In this document: piece after piece, positions 17,896-27,503 of the stretch | Layout: each line of letters starts with the position of its first letter | Position numbering within the stretch: the first letter of the stretch is position 1 | Source of the DNA: Eubacteriales bacterium | Lineage (GTDB): Bacteria > Bacillota > Clostridia > Saccharofermentanales > UBA5734 | Direction of reading: 5' to 3' | Length of the DNA: 64,000 bases | Assembly: GCA_028685755.1 (NCBI GenBank) | Contig: JAQUDJ010000001.1 | Span: forward strand, 20,472 to 84,471 | Program-made: the position numbers and the translations under genes | Notes under the pieces: generated by a model | The model's input: only the letters and a program-made list of their open reading frames with translations | Database searches by the model: none | Told to the model about the DNA's origin: nothing

Positions 17896-20142
17896 TTAAC
17901 GTGCGTGAAGTGTGAACCAGGTGCTGGTAAAATCACCTTTGAGAAGTGGCACCGCCCAGCCCAATTGCATCAACCAATCACCACCATATACCCCTTGTCC
18001 TTCATTGATCTGATAGTTGAGCTCCGGATCAAGCCCGGCTAATTTTAGACGGCGCAATGCCGGATTGGGCTCTGAAAGTGTCCGGAAATAATAAACAACA
18101 GCCTCGCGGCGGTCCTTAGAGACGATCATCCAAGCTGAATAATTGCCATCAAAGGGGCTTAATAGACGATATTGATCACCTAGTTGGACAAGGCTTCGGA
18201 TTCGCTTATAATCGGTAGTTTGCTGTTTGATTGTCTCTCGTTCTTCGTCAGAAAGTATAGTCAGATCAAGTTCAAAGCCAAAATTGCCACTCATGGCGAC
18301 ATTGCCTCGCATCTCGAGTGACGTCATCCGATGAACCTGGTGATTCGGAACTGCCGAAACATGAGCGCCCATTGTACTCAGCGGATAAACTAAACTTGTG
18401 CCATATTGGATTTTCAGACGTTCAACTGCGTCTGAGTTATCACTTGTCCACGTCTGTGGCATGTAATAGAGCATGCCAGGATCAAAACGACCCCCGCCCC
18501 CAGAACAACTCTCAAATAAAATGTGCGGGAATCGTGTCACCAAACGTTCCATGAGCTGATAAAGTCCCAGAATATAGCGGTGTGCGACTTCTTTCTGCTG
18601 ACCAACACTCAATTCCGCAGATCCCGCTTCACTAAAATTGCGATTCATATCCCATTTAACGTAAGAAATAGGCGCTGATAAAAACACCCGACTGAGCGCT
18701 TCAAACAAGAAGTCAATGACCTCTTGCCGTGTCAAATCAAGAATCAGTTGATTGCGTGCCTGTGATCTGCGACGCCCTGGAACATGCAAACACCAATCAG
18801 GGTGTTCCCGGTAAAGTTCACTATCGATTGAGACCATTTCTGGTTCAACCCAAATGCCAAATTGCATGCCAATTTCATTGACGCGGTCACCCAAATCCCG
18901 GAGCCCGCGCGGTAATTTGCGGGTATTGACTTGCCAATCGCCAAGGGAACTATTGTCATTATCGCGATGGCCAAACCAACCGTCATCCAGGACAAAAAGC
19001 TCAATGCCAAGATCAGAAGCCGTATGGGCGATTGCTTCGAGCTTTTCAGCATCAAAGTCGAAATAGGTAGCCTCCCAATTATTGATCAGTATCGGGCGGA
19101 CTTCATCACGCCAAGGTCCCCGGCAAAGTCTTGCGCGATATAAATTATGGTAGGTTCGTGACATGCCGCCAATGCCTTGATTGGAATAAACGAAAACAGC
19201 CTCCGGAGTCTGGAAGTTTTCGCCAGGTTTGAGTGTCCAGCCAAATTCAAAATCATTAATCCCGACGGTCAGTCTGGTCATGTCAAATGCATCAACTTCG
19301 GTTTCAATGCAAAAATTCCCTGAATAAACAAGACTTATGCCAAAAGCCTCACCTTGTTGTTCAGTTGTTGTCGGTCGAGTTAAAACAGCAAATGGGTTCA
19401 TCTGGTGTGAGCTAGATCCGCGTCTGCTTTCTAACCGAATCGTTCCATGTGAAAGTAACTGCCGTTGAACATGGCGTTCACGTTCATGAGCGCCCCACAA
19501 CGAGATCAATTCATAATTGCAATCTGCAAGGTCGAGTGCAGCACTAGCTGCTTTTTCAAGCTGAATGATCTGTCCGCTGACATTTTCGAAACGAGCCGAG
19601 CGGGCGACTGCGTTATGATTAGCAAACACGGTATACATCAAATGAACAATGAGCCCGGCAGTTTCATCAACCATTTTCAAAACGAGCGTTTCGGCTTCTT
19701 GATCAGATTCCGTATAGGTTGCTGGCAAGCCTTCTAAGTAAGGTTTGCCAGGTAATACGAGATGACTTTTGTATTTTAATTCTGATAAACGACTCCCGTT
19801 TGCGAGTTGCACCTGGTATGCCGGCTGCCGCATGTCGCTGCTACCATATTGTGGATATTCCTGAGCTAGCGTGTCTAACGAGATGAATTTTTTATCTGGG
19901 ATAGGATTTGGGTGAAAAGAGCTACGTTCACGCAATTGAACTAAACCGAGTCGTTCCTGACTAGGTTGAAGCGCGCCAGAATACTCCCACACATCAAGAT
20001 CGCTTGACGAGAATGCCTGCGCTTTCAGACGGTTACCCCAATAGATGTGAACGGGATATCCTTCGATAATTTGAATGACATAACTTATCTGCCCACCCTG
20101 TAGGTGAAATAATTGATTTTTTTCATCAAAATGAATTGCCAT
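17896..20142 (-). CDS. Alpha-galactosidase, glycoside hydrolase family 36
   Basis: Motifs DDGWFG, KWDMNR and CSGGGGRFD. RBS GGGGGA precedes the ATG at 20142; the listed start at 20190 is unsupported. Confidence 0.92.
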   Translation of the reverse strand: MAIHFDEKNQLFHLQGGQISYVIQIIEGYPVHIYWGNRLKAQAFSSSDLDVWEYSGALQPSQERLGLVQLRERSSFHPNPIPDKKFISLDTLAQEYPQYGSSDMRQPAYQVQLANGSRLSELKYKSHLVLPGKPYLEGLPATYTESDQEAETLVLKMVDETAGLIVHLMYTVFANHNAVARSARFENVSGQIIQLEKAASAALDLADCNYELISLWGAHERERHVQRQLLSHGTIRLESRRGSSSHQMNPFAVLTRPTTTEQQGEAFGISLVYSGNFCIETEVDAFDMTRLTVGINDFEFGWTLKPGENFQTPEAVFVYSNQGIGGMSRTYHNLYRARLCRGPWRDEVRPILINNWEATYFDFDAEKLEAIAHTASDLGIELFVLDDGWFGHRDNDNSSLGDWQVNTRKLPRGLRDLGDRVNEIGMQFGIWVEPEMVSIDSELYREHPDWCLHVPGRRRSQARNQLILDLTRQEVIDFLFEALSRVFLSAPISYVKWDMNRNFSEAGSAELSVGQQKEVAHRYILGLYQLMERLVTRFPHILFESCSGGGGRFDPGMLYYMPQTWTSDNSDAVERLKIQYGTSLVYPLSTMGAHVSAVPNHQVHRMTSLEMRGNVAMSGNFGFELDLTILSDEERETIKQQTTDYKRIRSLVQLGDQYRLLSPFDGNYSAWMIVSKDRREAVVYYFRTLSEPNPALRRLKLAGLDPELNYQINEGQGVYGGDWLMQLGWAVPLLKGDFTSTWFTLHAR

Positions 20143-20267
20143 ACTTAAGTCCCCCAGATCTAACCAATCTGCACTCACTCTATAGTGCAAGATGCTATTA
20201 TGTCAATTTTTTGTGGCGATAAAAATATATGTTAAACTTTGTGCACTATGCACATATATAAAACCGT

Positions 20268-20280
20268 TGTAACGTTTCCA
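20268..20280. promoter_or_regulatory. LacI-family operator-like site TGTAACGTTTCCA
   Basis: A pseudo-palindrome around a central CG (AACGTT core), lying between the alpha-galactosidase and LacI genes. Confidence 0.45.
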
Positions 20281-20310
20281 TCTCTCTGATATAGTGAACT
20301 CACAAGAATA

Positions 20311-20323
20311 TGAAACGTTTCCA
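20311..20323. promoter_or_regulatory. LacI-family operator-like site TGAAACGTTTCCA
   Basis: Contains the perfect 10-bp palindrome GAAACGTTTC. It shares 12 of 13 positions with the site at 20268. Confidence 0.5.
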
Positions 20324-20365
20324 CGTGTTATGTTGTCAACGTGACACGAACAGGAAGGTGACCTT

Positions 20366-21355
20366 ATGGCAAGTGTGAAAAGTGTTGCGGAATTGGCTGG
20401 AGTCGGTATCGGTACAGTGTCCCGCGTAATCAATAATCATCCCGCAGTCAAACCCGAAACTCGCGACCGCGTGCTTGAAGCAATCCGAGCTTTAAATTAT
20501 ACCCCAAATGAAGTGGCACGCAATTTTAAAATGCAGAAGTCGATGATGGTCGCTTTGCTTTTACCAGCTGTCAACCATCCCTTTTTTGCTGAACTGGCTT
20601 ATTACATTGAAGATGAGCTTGATCAACAAAATTACAAATTAATTCTCTGCAACAGCAAGGGTAAACCACAAAAAGAACTTTATTATTTTGACGTCCTCAA
20701 TAAAAACAAAGTTGCTGGCATCATCGCTATTACCTATAACAATGTTGATCAATCTGTGACTGGTGATATTCCTGTGATTACAATCGACCGTCACATTTCC
20801 CATGAAATAGCCTGTGTAACTTCTGATAACTTCAACGGAGGCCGTGTCGCATTCAATGAGCTCCTTAAAGCAGGCGTCAAACATCCAGCTTTCCTTGGAT
20901 ACACTCGCGACCCATTTATCAACACCGCAAACAGCGAGGTCGAACTTCGAAAAGAAGGCTACTTAGGCGAAGCCCAATCGCGCCAAATTAAATGCCCGAA
21001 TTTAGAAATTCCAGATATTGAAGGCGATTTGGGCGAACGAATTCTCAAGCTGTTTGAGACTGGCGCACTTAACGAAATTGATGGCATTTTTATTAACGGT
21101 GATGTTTTTGCCTCTCGATTTATCAAAGTAGCGACACAACGAGGTATTCGTGTGCCGGAAGATCTCAAAGTCATCGGTTATGACGGTTTGGCAAAATCGA
21201 GTTGGGATCAGTCACAACTTTCATCGATTCAACAACCCCTCGAAGACATGGCTCGCACCGCAGTTCGCCTGTTACTCAAAGCTGTCGATGGCGGTCCCGT
21301 TGTTCAAACAACACATCGATTACCGATCAAATTTCTCAAAGGCCAAACCACTTAA
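20366..21355 (+). CDS. LacI family transcriptional regulator
   Basis: N-terminal HTH SVKSVAELAGVGIGTVSRVINN and a sugar-binding core. It heads the plus-strand transporter operon. Confidence 0.95.
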   Translation: MASVKSVAELAGVGIGTVSRVINNHPAVKPETRDRVLEAIRALNYTPNEVARNFKMQKSMMVALLLPAVNHPFFAELAYYIEDELDQQNYKLILCNSKGKPQKELYYFDVLNKNKVAGIIAITYNNVDQSVTGDIPVITIDRHISHEIACVTSDNFNGGRVAFNELLKAGVKHPAFLGYTRDPFINTANSEVELRKEGYLGEAQSRQIKCPNLEIPDIEGDLGERILKLFETGALNEIDGIFINGDVFASRFIKVATQRGIRVPEDLKVIGYDGLAKSSWDQSQLSSIQQPLEDMARTAVRLLLKAVDGGPVVQTTHRLPIKFLKGQTT

Positions 21356-21373
21356 TAAAGAGAGGAGGGCAAT

Positions 21374-22336
21374 ATGGCCACAGCGACTTCAACGATTGCC
21401 ACGCAACCGTCAACTAAACAGGTGATAAGAAAATCGAACTTTGATCGAAGAAATAAATCTGATTTGAAACATTTCTGGATCATGCTTTCACCAGCTTTAG
21501 TTTGGTTGGTGCTTTTCCAAATTGTCCCTATGTTTGGCATCGTCATGGCATTTCAGGATTTTAATCCCGGCGCAGGTTTCTTTAAATCTGAGTTTATTGG
21601 TCTTGAAAATTTCAAATATATGTTTGAGCTCCGTGACGTAAGACAAGTGCTTGTTAATACCTTAGTGATCGCGCTAGGTAAAATAACACTCAACCTTTTT
21701 GTTCCATTGATTTTCGCCTTGATGCTCAACGAGATGAAACAGGTTCGTCTCGTCAAATTCATTCAAACAAGTGTTTATCTCCCACATTTTCTCTCTTGGG
21801 TTATTCTCTCAAGCATCATGCTCCAAATTTTTGGCTATAACGGTCCAGTCAATGCCTTTGTCATGGATTTGGGCAAAGAGCCTTTCTCAATCTTTCAGCA
21901 AGCAGACCTTTTCCGCGGCTTTGTTATCTCCTCCGATGTCTGGAAAAACTTCGGTTTTAACTCCATCATTTATCTAGCTGCCTTAGCTGGAATTGATGTA
22001 ACGCTTTATGAAGCAGCCGAAATTGATGGCGCTACCCGTTGGGGTAAACTCTGGCATATTACCCTGCCAAGCATTCAAACAACGATCGCCCTATTGGCTA
22101 TTCTCTCGCTTGGCAGCATTCTTGATGCCGGATTTGACCAGGTCTATAACATGTACAATCCCCTGGTTTATTCAACTGGTGACATCATTGACACGTATGT
22201 TTTTCGAGCAGGCTTGCAACAACTTGACTTCAGTTTCGGTACCGCTGTCGGACTTCTCAAATCCATTGTCAGTTTTGTTCTGATCACAACCGGATATTGG
22301 GTCGCTAAAAAAACTGTCGGTTATCGAATATTCTAA
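21374..22336 (+). CDS. Carbohydrate ABC transporter permease (LplB/YteP-like)
   Basis: The N-terminal region (PMFGIVMAFQDF...IGLENF) and the EAA-loop-like YEAAEIDGATRW are typical of this type. Confidence 0.9.
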   Translation: MATATSTIATQPSTKQVIRKSNFDRRNKSDLKHFWIMLSPALVWLVLFQIVPMFGIVMAFQDFNPGAGFFKSEFIGLENFKYMFELRDVRQVLVNTLVIALGKITLNLFVPLIFALMLNEMKQVRLVKFIQTSVYLPHFLSWVILSSIMLQIFGYNGPVNAFVMDLGKEPFSIFQQADLFRGFVISSDVWKNFGFNSIIYLAALAGIDVTLYEAAEIDGATRWGKLWHITLPSIQTTIALLAILSLGSILDAGFDQVYNMYNPLVYSTGDIIDTYVFRAGLQQLDFSFGTAVGLLKSIVSFVLITTGYWVAKKTVGYRIF

Positions 22337-22350
22337 GATGGAGGAATAAT

Positions 22351-23244
22351 ATGGCATTCAAAAAATCGCTTGGTTCGAAAGTCTTTGACTCATTCAACAT
22401 CGTATTCCTCCTCGTCTTGACTCTGCTTTGTCTAATTCCAATGTGGTATACCCTGATGATCGCTTTGAGCGATAAAGCAGCTGTCCAGGCTGGTATGGTT
22501 ACCATTTATCCAATTGGATTTAATTTCTATTCCTTCCAATCGATCCTCGGCGATCCGAAATTTTTCCGCTCAATCCTCATTTCCTTCGAGCGTGTCATTA
22601 TGGGTGCTGGTATCACCATGCTAATCCTTAGCATGGCTGCTTATCCACTTTCAAAAACGAGCAAACAATTTCCGGGTCGAAATGCTCTCATGTGGCTCTT
22701 TGTCTTCGCCATGTTATTCAACGGCGGTCTTATTCCATGGTTTTTGACCATGAGGACCTACAATATGATGGACAGTATTTTGGGGCTTGCACTGTGCGGC
22801 GGCGTGCCGATTTTCAACTTAATTCTGATGACCAACTTTGTCAAAAACTTGCCTGAAGAATTAGAAGAAGCTGCCAAAATTGATGGTGCTGGACCATGGA
22901 GATTCCTCTTTAGCATACTCTTGCCCCTCTTGAAACCGGTTCTGGCAACTGTCCTGCTCTTTACCTTAGTCAATCATTGGAACGATTTCTTCCAGGGCAT
23001 GATCCTCTCGACCCGTGAAGAAAGTTATCCGCTTCAGACGTACATTCAACAGCTCGTTGTCTCGACCAACCTTCAGAGCATGTCGCAAATGTCTGTTGAA
23101 CAGCTAAACCGGCTTTCAAAAATGAACAACGACTCGCTTAACGCCGCCAAAGTTTTCATTGCCATGATCCCTGTCCTTTTGATCTATCCCTTTATGCAAC
23201 GTTACTTCGTCAAAGGTATTACGCTCGGTTCTGTTAAAGGCTGA
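22351..23244 (+). CDS. Carbohydrate ABC transporter permease (LplC/YtcP-like)
   Basis: MalG-type permease with the EAA loop EEAAKIDGAGPW. Confidence 0.9.
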   Translation: MAFKKSLGSKVFDSFNIVFLLVLTLLCLIPMWYTLMIALSDKAAVQAGMVTIYPIGFNFYSFQSILGDPKFFRSILISFERVIMGAGITMLILSMAAYPLSKTSKQFPGRNALMWLFVFAMLFNGGLIPWFLTMRTYNMMDSILGLALCGGVPIFNLILMTNFVKNLPEELEEAAKIDGAGPWRFLFSILLPLLKPVLATVLLFTLVNHWNDFFQGMILSTREESYPLQTYIQQLVVSTNLQSMSQMSVEQLNRLSKMNNDSLNAAKVFIAMIPVLLIYPFMQRYFVKGITLGSVKG

Positions 23245-23339
23245 GTTCTAAACATTTTCCATATGAACCCATTTACCATGATGTAAAAGGAGAATTTCCT
23301 TCTGCATAAATTTCCTATTATCTGAAAGGGGAGAAAATC

Positions 23340-25082
23340 ATGAAAAGTCTAAATCTTAAGAAATTACTTGCTCTCGTTCTGACGGTCGCAATGTCTTTGG
23401 CCCTGCTCGCTGGTTGCGCCAGCACTGCCGGTACAACAGCTGCGCCTGCAGAAACCACCGCTGCAACACCGGCCGAAACCACTGCGCCGGTCGATCCGCT
23501 CGGCGCACAGCCTGAGTTGACCGTTATCACCCGTGGCGTCCCGCTGGATCCGAATCAAAAATACCCAGAAGGCCAGTCCCTCGAGGACAACGCTTACACC
23601 CGTATGTTGAAAGAAAAATTCAACATCGAAATTCAGAACGAATTTGCTGCTTCAAACACAACCACTGACTATAGCCAAAAAGTAGACTTGGCTATTGCCA
23701 GCGGCAAAATCCCGGACTACCTGACCAACCTAACCTACACTCAGTACAGAGCGATCGTCAAAGCCGGTATGGCAATGGATATTTCACAAGTCTGGGACGC
23801 ATATGCTAGCCCGTTGACCAAAGAAGTCTACGCTTCAAACGGCGCCCTCTTTGATAGTCTCGTCAAAAAAGACGGTGCGATGTATGGTATTCCTGCATCT
23901 AACCCGCTACCAGACTTCTTGTCTGTCATGTGGATTCGTCAAGACTGGATGGACAAACTCAGCCTGAAAGCACCGACGAATATTGAAGAACTCAAAGCCC
24001 TCGCCAAAGCCTTCAAGGATCAAGATCCGGACGGCAATGGCAAAGCAGATACCGAAGGTTTGGCTGGTCCATCCATCGATGGCAAGCTTTATCAAGACAT
24101 GAAAAACATGAACTTTGCATATCATTTTGACCAAGTTTTTGCCGCCTTCAATTCCTTCCCAGGTATCTGGGTCAAGGACGCATCCGGCAAAGCGGTCTAC
24201 GGTTCCACAACTGCTGAAACCAAAGCTGCCCTCCAAGAACTTGCCAGCATGTATCAAGACGGCTTGATTTCCCAAGGCATGCTGACCTCCAAAACCGAAG
24301 AAACGCTTGCTAACAACAAACTGGGGCTTTTCTTTGGCCCTTGGTGGTTCCCCTTCGGCGACCTTGGCAACAGTTGGAAAAATGACACCACAGCCAACTG
24401 GCAACCTTACCTCTTGCCTTCAGGCACTGACGGTATCTACCAGGCTAAAGGCGGCAACGCTGCTCAGTCATTCGTCGTCATCAGCAAGGATGCTAAAAAC
24501 CCTGAAGCAATCATCAAAATGCTCAACATCTTCAAAGCCGGCCTGAAAAACTATGTTTCTGAAGAAGATCAGACCACCATGGGTGACGGTGCTTACCCCA
24601 TGTACCTGACGTTCTCGCTGGCAGAAGGCCCGGGTATGGTTTTGAAAGAAGCCAACAATTACTTTGATGGCAAAGCAACAGCAGACGACGTCCATGCCAA
24701 TGTTGCCAACTATGACGCTTACATCACACAGGCTTTTGATAAAATTCTTGTTAGCAAGGTTGAACCTTTTGCTGACAGAAACATGTCCGCATGGGACTTC
24801 TCAGGCGAAAAAGCGAATGACTTTGGTTGGGTCTGGTCCTTCGGTGTTGGATTAACGCCTTATGTCCAAGGTAATTTCAACTGGGTCAATTCCCTGTCTT
24901 ATGAAACCACCAAGACCATGGAAAAACGTTGGGCCAACCTGACGAAACTCGAATACGAAACCTTCTCTAAAATTATTGTTGGTCAGGCTTCGATCGATGA
25001 ATTCGACACCTTCGTTTCCCAGTGGAATGAAGAAGGCGGCGCGCAAATCGTTGAAGAAATCAACGCAATGATCAACGGCTAA
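23340..25082 (+). CDS. Extracellular solute-binding lipoprotein (LplA-like, large family 1 SBP)
   Basis: Lipobox LLAGC followed by an Ala/Thr/Pro tether. It has a size of 580 aa and lies directly after the LplB/LplC-type permeases. Confidence 0.85.
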   Translation: MKSLNLKKLLALVLTVAMSLALLAGCASTAGTTAAPAETTAATPAETTAPVDPLGAQPELTVITRGVPLDPNQKYPEGQSLEDNAYTRMLKEKFNIEIQNEFAASNTTTDYSQKVDLAIASGKIPDYLTNLTYTQYRAIVKAGMAMDISQVWDAYASPLTKEVYASNGALFDSLVKKDGAMYGIPASNPLPDFLSVMWIRQDWMDKLSLKAPTNIEELKALAKAFKDQDPDGNGKADTEGLAGPSIDGKLYQDMKNMNFAYHFDQVFAAFNSFPGIWVKDASGKAVYGSTTAETKAALQELASMYQDGLISQGMLTSKTEETLANNKLGLFFGPWWFPFGDLGNSWKNDTTANWQPYLLPSGTDGIYQAKGGNAAQSFVVISKDAKNPEAIIKMLNIFKAGLKNYVSEEDQTTMGDGAYPMYLTFSLAEGPGMVLKEANNYFDGKATADDVHANVANYDAYITQAFDKILVSKVEPFADRNMSAWDFSGEKANDFGWVWSFGVGLTPYVQGNFNWVNSLSYETTKTMEKRWANLTKLEYETFSKIIVGQASIDEFDTFVSQWNEEGGAQIVEEINAMING

Positions 25083-25140
25083 TTCTCCCATCACACAGAT
25101 AGCGACGTTCATGCTCGCTTAATCCTCCTCCTACTTAAGG

Positions 25141-25172
25141 CAGAAGGCACCTCCGGGTGCCTTCTGTTTTTT
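25141..25172 (+). terminator. Rho-independent terminator of the LplBCA-type operon
   Basis: Perfect 11-bp stem CAGAAGGCACC / GGTGCCTTCTG with a 4-nt loop, followed by TTTTTT. Confidence 0.85.
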
Positions 25173-25252
25173 GTGAGGTTGCAGCATGCCTCCGGATTGG
25201 TTTTATGTCATAATTGTTTGGGAATCGTTCATTATAAGGAGTGTCCACGGCA

Positions 25253-26191
25253 ATGAATATTCTAACGGTCTTCTTGAAAATTCTGCCAGTTATTTTATTG
25301 ATTTTTTTAGGTATGAGCTTGCGTCGATCACGGTTCATGACCCTAGACCATGTACAGGTGCTAAAACGAATTGTCTTGAATATCAGCTTGCCTTCGATGT
25401 TATTTCTGGCCTTTGCTCGAACAACATTCAGTGTGAATTACTTAGCCATTATTGGGGTCGTATTTCTGACCTGTCTTTTGATGCTACTCCTTGCAACACT
25501 GGTCCTTAAGGCCCTCCATGTAACCAATCCTTTTGCCCCTGCGCTTTTTGCGGGTTTTGAAACCGGAATGATCGGCTACGCCCTTTATCTGGCGATTTAC
25601 GGGGCAAGTGAAGTTTATCATTTGGCAATCGTCGATCTCGGTCAGGTCATTTTCGTCTTTTTTGTCCTTGTCTTTTTCTTGAAACGGCAAAACGGCAATC
25701 AAGAGCGCTTTGGTCAGCTCATGCGATCGTTTGTGACTTCCCCGGTTATTCTCGCCATTCTACTTGGTCTCATCTTCAGCTTGAGCGGGTTGACAGCCGC
25801 CGTTGATCAAATTACAGGGGGAAGTAGCCTACTCGAAGTCTTTAGCGTCCTAGCTAATCTGACTGTGCCCCTGATCACGATTTCGATTGGATATGAACTT
25901 CAGCTGAGTATGAACACCCTCAAATGGCCTTTGTTAACGGCGGTGCTTCGCTTGGCTATCCTAATGACACTGGCAACACTGATTGGCCAGTACCTGATTG
26001 TCGGTGTCTTGCATTTAGACAAAGCCTTTGTGACGGCACTTTATACCCTGTTCCTGTTGCCACCACCCTTTGTGATTCCGATTTTCATGCAAGAAAAGCG
26101 CCCTGAGGATCGTCAGTTTATCCTCAACACGCTTTCTGTGCACATCGTTCTCAGTTTGGTGGCTTTCCTGGTGTTAAATCTATTTATTTAA
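25253..26191 (+). CDS. AEC (auxin efflux carrier) family transporter
   Basis: Ten-TM profile and an MNILTVFLKILPV N-terminus typical of the family. The listed GTG at 25241 overlaps the RBS AAGGAG, so the ATG at 25253 is preferred. Confidence 0.8.
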   Translation: MNILTVFLKILPVILLIFLGMSLRRSRFMTLDHVQVLKRIVLNISLPSMLFLAFARTTFSVNYLAIIGVVFLTCLLMLLLATLVLKALHVTNPFAPALFAGFETGMIGYALYLAIYGASEVYHLAIVDLGQVIFVFFVLVFFLKRQNGNQERFGQLMRSFVTSPVILAILLGLIFSLSGLTAAVDQITGGSSLLEVFSVLANLTVPLITISIGYELQLSMNTLKWPLLTAVLRLAILMTLATLIGQYLIVGVLHLDKAFVTALYTLFLLPPPFVIPIFMQEKRPEDRQFILNTLSVHIVLSLVAFLVLNLFI

Positions 26192-26231
26192 TAACTTTAA
26201 GCATTTTAGCAAGCGTGAAAGTGAGAATTAT

Positions 26232-26594
26232 ATGCATTTTTATCAGTTAATTGTCCGGGTCCGAGATTTTGAGAAATCTGTCCGCTTTTATCAAGAATTT
26301 GTGGGTTTGACGATTCAGAAACGTATCGAACAGGGCGATTGGCGAATTGCCTTTATGGCTGACCAAGAAGGGGCGACTCAGATTGAACTGGTCTATATGC
26401 CAGATGGAGCGAAGGTTGAGTCCAAGGGCTTAACGATTTGTTTCCAAACTGAGGATCTCGATGGTCTTCGTGAAAAGGCTCTGCAGTGGAACTTGAATCC
26501 ATCGGAAATTCGCTTCCCAGATCCGGAAAATCGCTACTTTTATGTCTACGATCCAGACGGCCAGTCGATTGAGTTTAAACAGAAGATACACTGA
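26232..26594 (+). CDS. VOC/glyoxalase family protein
   Basis: A 120-aa protein starting MHFYQLIVRVRDFEKSVRFYQEFVGL, a typical glyoxalase-fold start. Confidence 0.8.
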   Translation: MHFYQLIVRVRDFEKSVRFYQEFVGLTIQKRIEQGDWRIAFMADQEGATQIELVYMPDGAKVESKGLTICFQTEDLDGLREKALQWNLNPSEIRFPDPENRYFYVYDPDGQSIEFKQKIH

Positions 26595-26618
26595 GTCCCT
26601 AAAGCTGTGTTGAGTCCT

Positions 26619-27308
26619 TTAGGACAGCTTATTTACCTGTTTTTCAAAAGCTGCTAAATGGCTTTCTGATGCTGTTTTGAGGGCGGAAAAAACATCCATG
26701 ACATCGAGTGGCAAAGCATGTCCGAGGAATTCTTCATACATGGCAATATTGTCGATTTCTGCTTGAACGCCGGTTTGTGCGGCTTCGAGCAAGCTGCTTG
26801 GGACAACGAGATGACTTGCTGAGTCATCTGTTGGGACATTCATGCCATAATCATTAAACACCTCAGATAAGTAATCAATATGAGTCTCTTCAGATCTAAT
26901 GATATTGGCGTAGGGGTTGGCACTGCCGAATTCAGCAATGATCTTGGCATATTCGCCGTGTGCCAAATATTCATCCTGGATGGCGTAGTTTAGCATGTCA
27001 ACAACGGTGAGGTCTTCATCGCTGAGGGCGCCGGCAGCACCGTAGCCTACGAGCGTCAAAGTTTTATCGGCATCAGACAAACTGTCGAGAATGGTGCTGG
27101 CAGTTAATTCAGTTGTATGCTCAGCCGCGACGGCGGGTTGTTCATTGGCGGGCACGGTTGTTGCGGTGACTGTGGTGGCCGTTTGAGCTACTGTTGCTTG
27201 ATTACCATTCGGGGCTACATTGCAGGCGGCTAAACCCATGACCAGCGTTGCGCTTAAGGCGAGGATTGTAACTTGCATGGATTTACGGGCGATTTTTACA
27301 TTTTTCAT
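26619..27308 (-). CDS. DUF2202 (ferritin-like) lipoprotein
   Basis: Lipobox GLAAC followed by a Thr/Ala-rich tether. The motif AIQDEYLAHGEYAKII...IIRSEETHIDYL is characteristic of DUF2202. Confidence 0.7.
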   Translation of the reverse strand: MKNVKIARKSMQVTILALSATLVMGLAACNVAPNGNQATVAQTATTVTATTVPANEQPAVAAEHTTELTASTILDSLSDADKTLTLVGYGAAGALSDEDLTVVDMLNYAIQDEYLAHGEYAKIIAEFGSANPYANIIRSEETHIDYLSEVFNDYGMNVPTDDSASHLVVPSSLLEAAQTGVQAEIDNIAMYEEFLGHALPLDVMDVFSALKTASESHLAAFEKQVNKLS

Positions 27309-27390
27309 TTTTTTGCTCCTTTAACTTACTTGTCTTTTCTTGATAGTTTCATTTTAGATAATCGGTGTGTGGAAATTGTTAGGGCAGATT

Positions 27391-27424
27391 GTTTCTTGTG
27401 TGATATTTCGTTCACACAAGAAAC
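27391..27424. promoter_or_regulatory. Perfect 13-bp inverted repeat in the promoter/leader region of the DUF2202 gene
   Basis: GTTTCTTGTGTGA - 8 nt - TCACACAAGAAAC. The core reads TGTGA-N8-TCACA. No U-run on either strand. Confidence 0.4.
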
Positions 27425-27431
27425 ACAAAAG

Positions 27432-27481
27432 ATGGCCTCTATTAGCTGTTGATGTTTTGAAACACAGCTAATAGAGGCCAT
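27432..27481 (-). terminator. Terminator hairpin of the MacAB-like operon
   Basis: Perfect 18-bp stem ATGGCCTCTATTAGCTGT / ACAGCTAATAGAGGCCAT with a 14-nt loop, 23 nt past the ATPase stop. On the minus strand it is followed by a T-rich tract, CTTTTGTGTTT. Confidence 0.7.
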
Positions 27482-27503
27482 TAAATTCGTGGACCTTCGA
27501 CGT

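Noticed and set aside
12357-20190. Longer N-terminal extensions offered by the ORF track for many genes. Examples: 12437 for the binding protein, 13538 for the oxidoreductase, 20190 for the alpha-galactosidase, 28286 for the ABC ATPase, 35552 for the polyferredoxin, 39551 for ABC-F, 39539 for the pyrophosphatase, 45519 for the nucleoside ATPase, and 54017 for DUF454.
   Set aside because: In each case an internal ATG preceded by a GGAGG-like RBS yields the family-typical N-terminus (signal peptide, Rossmann start or ABC start). The extension has no RBS or overlaps the neighbouring gene or a terminator.
26595-26633. A possible bidirectional terminator between the VOC gene and the DUF2202 gene (GTCCCTAAAG...CTTTAGGAC and AGCTGT...ACAGCT).
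   Set aside because: The stems are short or bulged and overlap the 3' end of the DUF2202 coding sequence, and there is no U-run. Too weak to annotate.
27399-27416. TGTGA-N8-TCACA as a bona fide CRP/FNR-family site.
   Set aside because: Canonical sites have N6 spacing. It is kept only as part of the hairpin observation, not as a named regulator site.
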